Shown: positions 44,018-54,088, counted from the stretch's first letter. The stretch: 64,000 nucleotides of DNA from Patescibacteria group bacterium (GCA_016861085.1 BOKR01000001.1:131271-195270), one strand, 5' to 3'. Notes: generated by a model from the letters alone, not told the origin. A program made the numbers and translations.

Positions 44018-45910
44018 TCATCCGTTGAGAGGAACACCAACTCTTAAGGCTGGGATATAGTGTTGGCCTGATACGTCAACCTGAACTCCATCTATTTCAA
44101 CGACTGTTCCTTCTGGAAATACCGGCAGATATTGTGGATCACCTGTTTCCCAAAATAATCTAGCATTTTCTTCTGACCAAGAACGAGTCATTCCACTTCC
44201 ATAAGTAGCGAGGTCTGATGAACCGTTTGGTTCGTCAACATTAGTTTGAGCCATTTGGTTTTCACCTATCACCATATCAACCTCTAATATTTCACCTGGA
44301 GAACCGAATTCATAGTCACTACTGTAACCGGCCACATCACGGAGGTAATCCTCATATCTATCAACCACATTTTGTGGTGGAACTGCAGCCGGATCGGGAA
44401 TCGGTATGTTTAGAGATCTTGTTCCGAAAAATGGATAATAGGTGTCACCAACTTTACATAGTCCACCATCCAATGCCCATATTGATTGATCATTACCTTG
44501 TTGATTACCATTTGCATCAAGATAATGTACACTCGACAAGGCTTTGACTATGCAATTACCCAAATCTATATTACCAAGGGCTAAATTTTCTTGCATGACT
44601 AAGATTTTGGCCATATATCCAGCGTCAGCATCAGGGTTTTGTGGCCAAACATTATCTAATGTCTCAAGCTGTTCTATTGTAAACGGATTCTCTGGAGTTT
44701 CTTCAACTGGCGGCACTTCAGTTTCCTCTTCCTCTGGTGGAGGCGTTTCTTCATCATCTGGGGTTGGAGCAGCTTCTGCTTCTGGGGTTTGTGTTACTTC
44801 AGCTGTTATTTTGTCAACTGAGATAACGATAGCACCACTTTCGCTTTTAACTGTAGCAGCTTCTGGAGTTTGTTCGATTGTGCCGCCAACTACTTCAATA
44901 AAGCTAGCTGTAGCACCTGAATCTGTTGAAATGACCAGTTGTATACTATTTCTATCAACAGCAATACGGTACATGACTCTTTTGCTACCATTTTCAGCAA
45001 GTGGATTGAATTCATTAACTGCTTCTGGGGTCAGGGTTATCTCAGCCGCAGCTGCAGCTGCCTCAATTGTGTCATCTGGGATTCTAGTTCCAACAGCAAC
45101 AGGACTTTCCTCTACTGGAGGCTGGGTTTCTTCGACTGGTTGCTCCTCTTGACCATTTGATTGTCCGTCAGATTCAGGAGTTACTGCGGGTGGGGCTGGG
45201 CTTGGAAGAATTGGTTCATTTGTAGGAACCGCTTCTGCTTCATCCTCTTCGCCTTCATTAACAACTTCACCAGAAGTTTGTCCTTGGTCTGGAGTTCCGA
45301 CAGTGTTTGTACAAGCTACTTGACTAAAGATTGGTAAGAGACCAAGAAACAATACAAATATGAATCTGGCTGTGACTTTAAATTGCACAGGGTTCAGCTC
45401 TCTTGCCTCATAAACTAATCTAAGAGCATTTGATATATCCTCTTGGATAAGTTTCCCACTCTCTTTAAGTCCTTCAATGGTAGTCAAGCTTTTTAAATAG
45501 GTTAACAATTGCTCAAACATGACTGCTTTGTCATATGCAGCCTCAGCCTCGGCAACCATTTTTTTAAATTTAGTGTGAGTTTTTTCGTCAGCAGGGCCTC
45601 TATGGCTTTCTAAGAATGCATACACTTCGTCTCTTTTTCTGTTGTATGAATTTTGCATCGCAGCGAGTAAACCACGATGCTCGTGATCTGGACCCCATTC
45701 TGCACTTCCTATAGTGACAAAGGGTTTAAAAAGGTAGGGTCTACTAAGTGGATTCTGGCGTTTTTCTTTTTTAGGAAGGCCCTTAAAATAAGCTAAAGTT
45801 CTAGCTTCTCTCTCTTTTCTTCTTATTCGTACCCAATCTTTTTTTGGTTCTCCTGGCAGCATTTGAGAAGCTGACCATTTTTCTGAACCATTCCCGTACA
45901 TGTTTGACAT
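44018..45910 (-). CDS. Single-TM protein with basic N-domain and acidic Pro/Glu/Thr-rich linker
   Basis: TM plus VAC (lipobox-like) near aa 180-200; C-terminal domain shared with downstream gene. Confidence 0.7.
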   Translation of the reverse strand: MSNMYGNGSEKWSASQMLPGEPKKDWVRIRRKEREARTLAYFKGLPKKEKRQNPLSRPYLFKPFVTIGSAEWGPDHEHRGLLAAMQNSYNRKRDEVYAFLESHRGPADEKTHTKFKKMVAEAEAAYDKAVMFEQLLTYLKSLTTIEGLKESGKLIQEDISNALRLVYEARELNPVQFKVTARFIFVLFLGLLPIFSQVACTNTVGTPDQGQTSGEVVNEGEEDEAEAVPTNEPILPSPAPPAVTPESDGQSNGQEEQPVEETQPPVEESPVAVGTRIPDDTIEAAAAAAEITLTPEAVNEFNPLAENGSKRVMYRIAVDRNSIQLVISTDSGATASFIEVVGGTIEQTPEAATVKSESGAIVISVDKITAEVTQTPEAEAAPTPDDEETPPPEEEETEVPPVEETPENPFTIEQLETLDNVWPQNPDADAGYMAKILVMQENLALGNIDLGNCIVKALSSVHYLDANGNQQGNDQSIWALDGGLCKVGDTYYPFFGTRSLNIPIPDPAAVPPQNVVDRYEDYLRDVAGYSSDYEFGSPGEILEVDMVIGENQMAQTNVDEPNGSSDLATYGSGMTRSWSEENARLFWETGDPQYLPVFPEGTVVEIDGVQVDVSGQHYIPALRVGVPLNG

Positions 45911-46146
45911 TTTTCCCTACTTTCACATCCCATATTTTGGGTGTATAATGTTTTTTTTCTATCGTTGCAACAGTCTTTTTATCCTGCAGCAAACTTTTTG
46001 TTAAATTCTTAGTATTCTACAATAGTGTCTTATAATAATTCAATGTGTAACTGATATGTATTACTATAACACATTGCAATAACTAATAAAAAAATATCCA
46101 TTTACCAACTTAATTTAAGCACAATTGACTCAAAAAGTCTAGATAG

Positions 46147-47121
46147 CTACAAGTCAACCCCTAAAATCTTTCTTCCATTTATCGTTGCAATTTTTACCAA
46201 GTCATCTATTTCGTAGAAATGGCAGCTTTCTAGCAGAAATCTTAGCTCAGTCCACACATCTCCATCAGTAAAAGGTTTGTACACATCGGCGATATTGTCG
46301 GTACCAATACCCACCACAATTCCAGCCTCAATCAGTTCTTCAACGGGGGCAATCGAGTTATGAGTCACGGAACGTTCCTCAGATCGCCGGGAGTCGATCC
46401 AAGCAGTAGGGCAAGAAATGAGCATAATTCCAACTTGCTTCATTTTTTTGTAAATCTTTTGCCGATATTTTTCTGGATGCGCTGCCAAAGAAACTCCATG
46501 TACTGCCACTACTTTTCCTTGCAAACCGTATTCTTTTGCTTTGCGAATAAGGCTTTCGGTTTCTTTTTCAAGTTTAGTATTGAGTTGATCTACATGGATA
46601 TGGAGCAATTTCCCCAATCGTTTGGCTGCTGTAAATAGCACGTCTAAATGTTCTTCTTCTTTGCCAGCATCTTTGGCCGGAAGCCCGCCGATAATGTCAA
46701 CAAACCCTAGCGCTTCATCAAACCAAGCTCGTGCTCTTGGTTCCAAAACCCCTTTCAAAGCTTGATTGGTGAAGACCAGTGTAATGTCGCGCTTGTAGGT
46801 TTCTTTTATTTTGGCAGCAGCTTTAAGTGCTTTGTCTTTGACAATATCATCAACGTCAATAAAACTGCCTAAAACCGTAACTCCTTGCTTGACTTGTTCT
46901 TCTACTGCAAAAGCCATACGATCGTATATTTGAGAAATACTTGATTTTTCTTTGATTTCATCAACAATGGTCCACTTTTCGTGTAGATGTTTGTTAGCTA
47001 AATGCAACAGTTTTGGCGTGATTGTATAAGCCCGGTCGAGGTGGGTGTGTGTATTCACCCACCCTCCGTTTTGCGTAATTTTCTTGATGAGTTTGTCGCG
47101 TAAATTCCAGTGATTGTGCAT
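46147..47121 (-). CDS. Metal-dependent amidohydrolase, cytosine-deaminase-like
   Basis: NTHTHLDRA, HIHVD, AVHGVS, GIGTDNI. Confidence 0.85.
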   Translation of the reverse strand: MHNHWNLRDKLIKKITQNGGWVNTHTHLDRAYTITPKLLHLANKHLHEKWTIVDEIKEKSSISQIYDRMAFAVEEQVKQGVTVLGSFIDVDDIVKDKALKAAAKIKETYKRDITLVFTNQALKGVLEPRARAWFDEALGFVDIIGGLPAKDAGKEEEHLDVLFTAAKRLGKLLHIHVDQLNTKLEKETESLIRKAKEYGLQGKVVAVHGVSLAAHPEKYRQKIYKKMKQVGIMLISCPTAWIDSRRSEERSVTHNSIAPVEELIEAGIVVGIGTDNIADVYKPFTDGDVWTELRFLLESCHFYEIDDLVKIATINGRKILGVDL

Positions 47122-48740
47122 TATTTTCCTTTCTTCAGTTTTGCAACTAACTCACCCAGAATTTTTGGATCATTGATGATCGGAACCTCCGTGCGTACCG
47201 CCCACTTTTTCACGATTTTCTCATCAAGAATTGCTTCTTTGGGATTATTTTTGTATGGTACGTGGATTACCAAATCAAACATGTCTTGCCGCAGTACATC
47301 TTCTATGTTTGGATTGGTATCTTCATGCATTTTGTGGACAAATACAGAATCAATTCCATGTTTTTGGTAGTATTGGTGGGTATTTTCTGTTGCGTAAAAC
47401 TGATAGCCAAGTTTCTGAAGCTCTTTCACTGCTGGTAAAAACTTTCTTTTGTTGGAATCACCACCAATAGTGAGCAGCACAAATCGCTCTTTTTTCTGAG
47501 CCAAGCGCATCTGCATGGTGTAGATTTCAATGAACCCTGGAGACGCGTTTTGGTTATAGGCATTGTTGCGCATGAAAGTGGCCAGTTTTTCATCAAAAAT
47601 AGTGTTGGCTGTTTTAACTGCAACTACTTCTGCAACACCCTTGAATAATTTGACTGTAACGGTTCCAGTAACTTTTTCGTTAATTTTGTCGATTAACGCG
47701 TTTAGGTCATCCATGAGTGGCTCGTACCACAGTGCCCCGTAACACAGGTACGCCCATTTGTTATCAACTTCTGCTTTGAATTCATTTTCGACACGGGTGC
47801 AGACATATTTCTCTAAATTGAAGTGCGCATTGATGATAATTTCAGCAGCGGGTGCCTCATACAGGCCGCGAACTTTAAGGCCAACCAGCCGATCTTCAAT
47901 ATGATGAGTGACCCCTACTCCATGTTTGGCTCCAAGGGTGTTTAATTTCTGAATGATTTCGGTCAAGTTATGCCGTTTTCCGTCAAGTTTTACCGGAATA
48001 CCTTTGATGAAATCGAGTTTAATGTATTCAGGTTTGTTCGGCGTTTTTTCAATTAATTGGCAGACTTGTAGGATTTTATCAAGCGGCGGGATTAACTCTG
48101 GATTTTCAATTTCCCCGCTCTCCCCTGTCACACCCCACATGTTGTCATCATAAGAATATGGTTTATCTGAAGTCTGTTTTACGGGAATACCATGTTTTTG
48201 GGCGTATTTGAGTTCTTCATCACGGCCCATGCTCCACTCACGAACAGGTGCGATGATTTTCATTTCTGGGGCGAGCGTTAGCACTGTGCCTTCAATGCGA
48301 ACTTGGTCGTTGCCTTTACCGGTGCAGCCGTGAGCGATGGTGTCACATTCCTCTTCTCTTGCTACTTGGACAGCTAATTTTGCCAGTAGCGGTCGGCCCA
48401 GTGGGGTGCTCATATGGTATTTGCCCTGATAACTAGCATTAGCCTTAATCCCTTTGGCGATATAGTGATAAGCAAACTCATTTTTAGCATCAATCACGAT
48501 GGCTTTAATTGCGCCAAACTTAAGAGCTTTTTTGCGAATTGCCTGCAGGTCGTCTGCTTGTTGGCCTATATCTATAGTAAGAGCAACGACCTGGGCGTTA
48601 TATTCTTCTTGTATCCACTTGAGCATGACTGATGTGTCAAGCCCGCCGGAATACAAAAGAACAACTTTTTTGACTTCGCCCTTTCGGCCTTCGTAATTTG
48701 ATACTTTGGTATAGGTTGGTGCTTGCATACTTGACTGCAT
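47121..48740 (-). CDS. argG: Argininosuccinate synthase fused to C-terminal MGS-like domain
   Basis: LYSGGLDTS, HGCTGKGNDQVR, EDRLVGLKVRGLYEAPA; tail with YATENTH and FDLVI. Confidence 0.93.
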   Translation of the reverse strand: MQSSMQAPTYTKVSNYEGRKGEVKKVVLLYSGGLDTSVMLKWIQEEYNAQVVALTIDIGQQADDLQAIRKKALKFGAIKAIVIDAKNEFAYHYIAKGIKANASYQGKYHMSTPLGRPLLAKLAVQVAREEECDTIAHGCTGKGNDQVRIEGTVLTLAPEMKIIAPVREWSMGRDEELKYAQKHGIPVKQTSDKPYSYDDNMWGVTGESGEIENPELIPPLDKILQVCQLIEKTPNKPEYIKLDFIKGIPVKLDGKRHNLTEIIQKLNTLGAKHGVGVTHHIEDRLVGLKVRGLYEAPAAEIIINAHFNLEKYVCTRVENEFKAEVDNKWAYLCYGALWYEPLMDDLNALIDKINEKVTGTVTVKLFKGVAEVVAVKTANTIFDEKLATFMRNNAYNQNASPGFIEIYTMQMRLAQKKERFVLLTIGGDSNKRKFLPAVKELQKLGYQFYATENTHQYYQKHGIDSVFVHKMHEDTNPNIEDVLRQDMFDLVIHVPYKNNPKEAILDEKIVKKWAVRTEVPIINDPKILGELVAKLKKGK

Positions 48741-49016
48741 AGACCTTCCTCCTTTCTTGTGTTACTAAATACTGGGGACTGTTTTGAGAGGCATATTTCG
48801 TATCTGCGACTTTTTTTTTGAAAAAGATCGGGTCCGAAAAAAAAACAAGGTCTTGTGGACCTTGTTTGTGTGAGTTGCGTTGGTTGTTAATTTTAATCAA
48901 CCGCTTTGCAAACGTACTGCGAAGCGAGATCTTCGTTGGAATTTGAATGTCGCGCAGGTAAAAATGGCGCAAAAAATGAGCAAGTGGCAAAAAAAATCTA
49001 GTGTTGGGCACTAGAG
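48741..49016 (-). promoter_or_regulatory. Long structured 5' leader of argG with terminator-like hairpins
   Basis: Hairpins ctagtg/cactag plus U8, ggttg/caacc, aacaaggtc/gaccttgtt plus U-run. Confidence 0.55.
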
Positions 49017-49098
49017 TTTCATACTAGCTTTTTTTATTTTGAAACACAAGTAGCAAAATTAAGAAAAAGTCCCGTGCATAGGGTAATACTTTTTCATA

Positions 49099-49266
49099 CT
49101 ATTTTTCTGTTTTACCTCTTCCCGCTCTCTTTTTCTTTCGTTTTTTTTCTTGAACGATTTGCTTTTTTGTATCTGTTTCAATCGGAGGTCCCCCCTCATT
49201 TTCAAAAGTTTCAATCGCGCGTTGATGAAACTCATCGTTGTGCTCTGGTATGTGTTTTTTTATCAT
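49099..49266 (-). CDS. Small protein, 55 aa, with FENEGG motif and basic tail
   Basis: Translated by hand: MIKKHIPEHNDEFHQRAIETFENEGGPPIETDTKKQIVQEKKRKKKRAGRGKTEK; TAGAAT upstream. Confidence 0.55.
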   Translation of the reverse strand: MIKKHIPEHNDEFHQRAIETFENEGGPPIETDTKKQIVQEKKRKKKRAGRGKTEK

Positions 49267-49351
49267 AGGGATTATTTTTTTACCTATGTATCATTCTAAA
49301 CATCAAAATATTTTTGTAAAGGGAAACGTGACTTACAGCTTTTTGGGTTGT

Positions 49352-50032
49352 TTACTCTGCCTTTATTAAATACACATGATCTTTGTCATGTTGTGCTTCA
49401 ATTACAAAATCAAATCTATCTACATCAAATGCCAAATCAAAATCAGTTTTAGAAGTTTCAGTAAAAGGATTTCTCAGAAAACCATCCGAACATTTATGTT
49501 GGATAATATGTTGTTTTACTCGTTCAAAATTTGGATTTTTACCTAATACTAAATCAGAAATATATTCTGCTAGTTTATAGTCTTCATTATCAGTCCAACG
49601 GTTATCAGTACAGATAAAAGTGACTTCAGCAAAGTTATTTCTTTTTATATAGCGTGCAATTGCTAGCGCGTTAACAAATGATCCTGTGATAATTTTATCA
49701 GTACTTACTAACTTATCGACTGCCTGAGTTCCCGCGCTTGTTGTGAGAACAACGGTTTTATTTTCTAAATTTACTTTTTCTAGTTCTGTTGGTGAATTAC
49801 CGTAATCAGAACCAAGAATTTTCAGACCGTTTCTTTCTCCTACTAATACCCAATCCTTATTTTTTTCTTTCAGTTTCAAGGCAAGGTCTAAATCCGAAAC
49901 AGGATAAATACAAGTAGCACCATTGTTTAGAATAAAACAAGACGTTGTGAAAGCTCTCAGAACATCTATTACAACTGCTAGTCCAGTTATTTTTGATAAA
50001 TTGTCAGTTAGATTGGCAGTATGAAGTTTCAT
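49352..50032 (-). CDS. comB: 2-phosphosulfolactate phosphatase (ComB family)
   Basis: VVIDVLRAFTT, GERNG, GNSPTE, LTTSAGT, ED. Confidence 0.88.
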   Translation of the reverse strand: MKLHTANLTDNLSKITGLAVVIDVLRAFTTSCFILNNGATCIYPVSDLDLALKLKEKNKDWVLVGERNGLKILGSDYGNSPTELEKVNLENKTVVLTTSAGTQAVDKLVSTDKIITGSFVNALAIARYIKRNNFAEVTFICTDNRWTDNEDYKLAEYISDLVLGKNPNFERVKQHIIQHKCSDGFLRNPFTETSKTDFDLAFDVDRFDFVIEAQHDKDHVYLIKAE

Positions 50033-50049
50033 ACAGGGCTAGTATACCA

Positions 50050-51762
50050 CTAGCTTTTTTCTGCTAACTCTATCACCAACGCTGCCATGGCCTTTGCTCC
50101 CCACTCAAGATCTAATGGCGTTGAATATTCATCGGGGGTGTGAGCAATACCGCCATTTCTACTTGGACACTGAATCATCACCGTTTTAATTCCGGCTCTT
50201 CGAACATTTTGAATATCGTGTCCCGCCGGACTAAAGGTTTTAATAAATGGAAGGCCAAGTTTTTGTACTACTTGCTGTGTTTGGGTAACCAGCTGTCTAT
50301 CCATAACTTCCGGCAAACCGCTACCCGGTAAGGGATCTGAAAACTTCAAGTCAGCAGTTGCAAGAATTTCTTGTTTAATTTTAGCGATCATTCGTCTTCT
50401 TGAGGTTTCATTGATACCGCGCAAATCTATTCCTACGGTGATTACTCCATTTGCTGTGGCGTATGTTGTGACAGTTCCAACGCACTTGCTACGAGTACAC
50501 AAATTTGCAATTCTATTTACATCTTTGATTGCTTGCATGGTTTTGAGTTGTCGTTCCTGCATTACTTGCGGATCGTAAAAAGTTCCCTGTTTTTGTTGTT
50601 CAGTTGTAACTGCAATTATTGATTTGTTTCTGTATTGTTTAGCTAGTTTGGTCTGTTGTCTTGCAAGCAATTCTAAAAGTTGTTTTTCTACTTGTGCAGA
50701 ATCATTCCCAGTAATACAAACAGGAATTGTCACTTTTCCAGGTATCTTATTCATTGCTTGACCTTCGATGTTGAGATTACCAATCACGATTGGAGGTTTG
50801 GTACCAAGCTGCTGGGCAAGTTGTGTATTCAGGGAGTGGATTTCTGTAATTAGCTCGGCGGAAAGTACTAATCCATCGGTTCTATATCTACTGCCCATTG
50901 GAGTTGCGCCTGAATGTCCTGTTTTGCCATTAACAGTAAGGGTGAGAAATCTATCGGTTGACTTGTGTTTATGAGTTTCAACGGGTTTTCTGCCAATTTC
51001 TAATTTATATCGTTCTGGAGCGGCAATGGCTTCGATAACTGAAAGTTTGTCAGGAAATCTATCGTCTTGGGCAACATGAAATTCAATAATTGCTTCAAAA
51101 TCTTTTCTAGAAAATCTTGGTTTCTTAACTTGGTTGGGATCAAAGCCTATTTCTTCGATTGCATTTTCAATGGTAATACCTTGAGAATCATGCATTTTTA
51201 ATTCAGCCTCTGAAAGACCATGAAACATACCCTTGCTTCCAAAAAGTGCGATGTTAAACCGAGCAGATTCTTCGCCAGTGAGTGCGATAATTTTGATTGA
51301 TCGTCTTGGTTTGATTCTGTGTTTTTTGAGCGTTTGAACAATATGGATTGCGGATAAAATTCCGACTGTACCGTCATACATACCGGCAGTTGGGACACTA
51401 TCATAATGCGAGAGCATGCCGATGGCCGGAAGTTTTGAGTTTTCACCTTCATATGTGGCGATAAGTCCCAGAGGGTGTTCTTCTATGGTCATTCCAGCTT
51501 TTAAAAACATACGCCGAAGTACTGTTCTTGCATGCAGGTCTTCTTCAGTCAGGGCAAGGGTATTTACTGCATATCGTGTGGGGAGTTCTTTTGTAGGTAG
51601 GAGTGGTTCACCATCCATTTCGGCGAGGGTAATGATGAGTTTTTCAATCTCAGTGCCGGAAAGTTCTTGGAGAATTCTATCGATTTCTGGAACTGACAGT
51701 TCTTGGGTTGCTTGTGGAAGCCGTTTGTGTTCATCCTCAGCGGGAGGTATTAGGGTCTTCAT
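50050..51762 (-). CDS. M20 amidohydrolase, allantoate amidohydrolase/N-carbamoylase-like, elongated
   Basis: SHYDSVP.AG.YDG.VG, EESARF...GS, EFH, GHSGATPM..R.D, AGHD, AHTPDE. Confidence 0.85.
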   Translation of the reverse strand: MKTLIPPAEDEHKRLPQATQELSVPEIDRILQELSGTEIEKLIITLAEMDGEPLLPTKELPTRYAVNTLALTEEDLHARTVLRRMFLKAGMTIEEHPLGLIATYEGENSKLPAIGMLSHYDSVPTAGMYDGTVGILSAIHIVQTLKKHRIKPRRSIKIIALTGEESARFNIALFGSKGMFHGLSEAELKMHDSQGITIENAIEEIGFDPNQVKKPRFSRKDFEAIIEFHVAQDDRFPDKLSVIEAIAAPERYKLEIGRKPVETHKHKSTDRFLTLTVNGKTGHSGATPMGSRYRTDGLVLSAELITEIHSLNTQLAQQLGTKPPIVIGNLNIEGQAMNKIPGKVTIPVCITGNDSAQVEKQLLELLARQQTKLAKQYRNKSIIAVTTEQQKQGTFYDPQVMQERQLKTMQAIKDVNRIANLCTRSKCVGTVTTYATANGVITVGIDLRGINETSRRRMIAKIKQEILATADLKFSDPLPGSGLPEVMDRQLVTQTQQVVQKLGLPFIKTFSPAGHDIQNVRRAGIKTVMIQCPSRNGGIAHTPDEYSTPLDLEWGAKAMAALVIELAEKS

Positions 51763-51840
51763 AAAGAGATTATAGCAGGATTGTCAATGTTTGATTGAGT
51801 TAGTTGTGTTTATTAGTGCATATACAGTGACATACAGCAA

Positions 51841-51927
51841 TTAGCAGTCTAATAAACAGACTGCTAATTACATTCCTAAAAAATAATAATTGATACACCA
51901 ATATTTATTATGATATGTTTTGATATG
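51841..51927 (+). repeat. Composite CIRCE-like element, copy C
   Basis: TTAGCAGTC-N9-GACTGCTAA, 22 nt, TTGatacacCAA, TGATATGTTTTGATATG. Confidence 0.8.
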
Positions 51928-51934
51928 ATTATCA

Positions 51935-54088
51935 TCATGAAACAAACACTGGACTCGTCCATGCCATATGACCATCCCGCTGGATAACTTTAACAAAGAT
52001 AGGAATTGATCTGTGCTTGGAAGGTTTAAGGTTAATCATTGTTGAGAACTGTATATCAAAAACAGAAGTGGCTGCTACTGTTTTGTAGTAGCTAGCTTCA
52101 GAGTCAAGTCCACCCATTTTGATTCGCTTCGGTTTCATTGCTAGCTTTTCCAATGGAATGACAATATTTTTTTGATTTAGTTTTAGCGTTGCGCTTCCTT
52201 TCATCTCTGTTAGTTGGGCAATAAAACCCTGAACTCCTCCAGTAGTTATACCACTCCAACATATTTGATTTTTGGTGTTGGTGATAACATTCCTTTTGCT
52301 GTAGAAGTTAATTTTTTCTAAGGCTTTGATTTGAGTAGAATCGAAACGTAACTCACCTTTCCAATCAAACGCTCTTGCTCTGCCTTTAACCCTTGAGCCC
52401 GAACATAGTATCTTCAGAAAGTTAGAGTTTGATTCTGGTTCAACATACTGCGTATGTTTAAGCTGATCTAGAGCATATATCTCTACTCTTTCAATGCTTG
52501 CCGTTGCGTAGCACTTAACAGAAATCTCAATAGGTTTTTGCTTAGAACTAATATGATCGCCCATCATCACTGTTTGACCTTCAAAATTGGATACAAAGTA
52601 ATCAATACACATGTGGGTACCAGTAGTAGCATAGCAATGTCGTGATTTGATTGCTTCAAATATTGTTTTTCGATCAAGGTTTTTCGCAACAATCCCTGTT
52701 AGCCCTCCGTAGCTATTAAAATGTGCAAACGCGGGGTAGCTAGCCCCCAATCTTCCAGAATGATCATCGCTATTGGCTACAACTCCAACTTTGTAGTTAC
52801 GTTTCAACGCATCAAAATAGAACCATTCAAATGTTCCCCACGCGGAGTGAATCTCAACAACTGGCTCAAGCTTTTCATTATGCAGCTGCAAGTCAGCATA
52901 TCGGCCACCAACATGAGGAATGACAATGGTTTTTGTATGATCTAATTTTGGAAAAAGATCGGTCACTATTGTGGCATCTGAATCACTGTCTGAGAATTCA
53001 TCAAGCAACGCATGAGATGAACGATATATTTTTTCGTTCTCATGTAGGTAAATAATGTTTCGGTCACCACCACGATTGGTGTTTCCAGACCATTCGTAAC
53101 CCGGAAAGGAAATAAAACTATGTGGTTTGTTTATTTTCTTAGTGGTTTTGTTAATTTTTTTCCAAAAGGCATTAGTAATTTGAAAATCATTTCCTTGGAT
53201 ACATGTTACATCCAAGTGTGAGTAGTCTTTAGCAAATCTAAAATATGAATTCACGTCATTTGTACCTATTGTTTCGCTCGATTGCCCGTGCAAGTCTGCC
53301 CAAAAGATTTTGTTTTTCGTGCTAGTGTTTTGCTGGACAATAATGGGATTCGATTGTCCAACAAAGTCGCGACATGTGGCCTGAATTCTGAGAATTCCTT
53401 CTGTTTTTTGTTGAACTGGTACAAGGGCGCGACCATTTTTAAGTCTAACTGTTTTGGGAAAGTCCATTGCCAACTTCACTGTCCCACTAAAATTTTCAGC
53501 CGGATTCCCCCACTGATCTTCGGCTTTTATCAGAAGACTAATTGTTTTACCGATAGTTGCTTGCGAAGGGGCGAGAACAACTAACTTATTAATTTTGTCT
53601 GCTTTGAGATATAGAAATGGTTGTTTTGGTAGTTCAAGACATCTGCCTGTTGCAAATGGATCAACCACAACTTTAAAGATATGTTTATCTTCAGCAAACG
53701 TTTGTGTTCTCCACTGCACAAAATCAAAATATACTTTATCGCCTTGAGATAAGTACTGGTTTGTGACGGTTACGCGGACTCCTCTACTCCATGGTCGTTC
53801 ATGAACTTTTCCTTTTAGTCCAGTGCTTTTAGAATCCACAAGAAATACAACATCAGTATTCGATGAGGTAATTTTCAGAAAATTAGGTTTTTTAGAGTCA
53901 GTAAGTTGCGGATCAGCACAGTCTCCTGCGGTGCGAAAAAGCACTTTAATTTCACCACTTTCATCAATACCGAGTTCACCCACGGTGTAAGTGAGTCTAA
54001 ATGTAGTTGGTGTACCTACGATGGCAGTGTTGATACTCAACACTGCCGATCCTATTTTACTTTCGTAGGTCTTTTGAAGATTTTTCAT
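51935..54088 (-). CDS. DUF3604-like PHP-fold metallohydrolase
   Basis: WADLHGQS.ETIG, GYEWSGN..GGDRN, PHVGGR, EIHSAWG.FEW, SDDH.GR.G, AWTSPVF. Confidence 0.8.
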   Translation of the reverse strand: MKNLQKTYESKIGSAVLSINTAIVGTPTTFRLTYTVGELGIDESGEIKVLFRTAGDCADPQLTDSKKPNFLKITSSNTDVVFLVDSKSTGLKGKVHERPWSRGVRVTVTNQYLSQGDKVYFDFVQWRTQTFAEDKHIFKVVVDPFATGRCLELPKQPFLYLKADKINKLVVLAPSQATIGKTISLLIKAEDQWGNPAENFSGTVKLAMDFPKTVRLKNGRALVPVQQKTEGILRIQATCRDFVGQSNPIIVQQNTSTKNKIFWADLHGQSSETIGTNDVNSYFRFAKDYSHLDVTCIQGNDFQITNAFWKKINKTTKKINKPHSFISFPGYEWSGNTNRGGDRNIIYLHENEKIYRSSHALLDEFSDSDSDATIVTDLFPKLDHTKTIVIPHVGGRYADLQLHNEKLEPVVEIHSAWGTFEWFYFDALKRNYKVGVVANSDDHSGRLGASYPAFAHFNSYGGLTGIVAKNLDRKTIFEAIKSRHCYATTGTHMCIDYFVSNFEGQTVMMGDHISSKQKPIEISVKCYATASIERVEIYALDQLKHTQYVEPESNSNFLKILCSGSRVKGRARAFDWKGELRFDSTQIKALEKINFYSKRNVITNTKNQICWSGITTGGVQGFIAQLTEMKGSATLKLNQKNIVIPLEKLAMKPKRIKMGGLDSEASYYKTVAATSVFDIQFSTMINLKPSKHRSIPIFVKVIQRDGHMAWTSPVFVS

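Noticed and set aside
44544-45152. 202-aa antisense ORF and other shadow ORFs inside genes
   Set aside because: Mirror frames of well-supported genes, arising from codon bias and low complexity.
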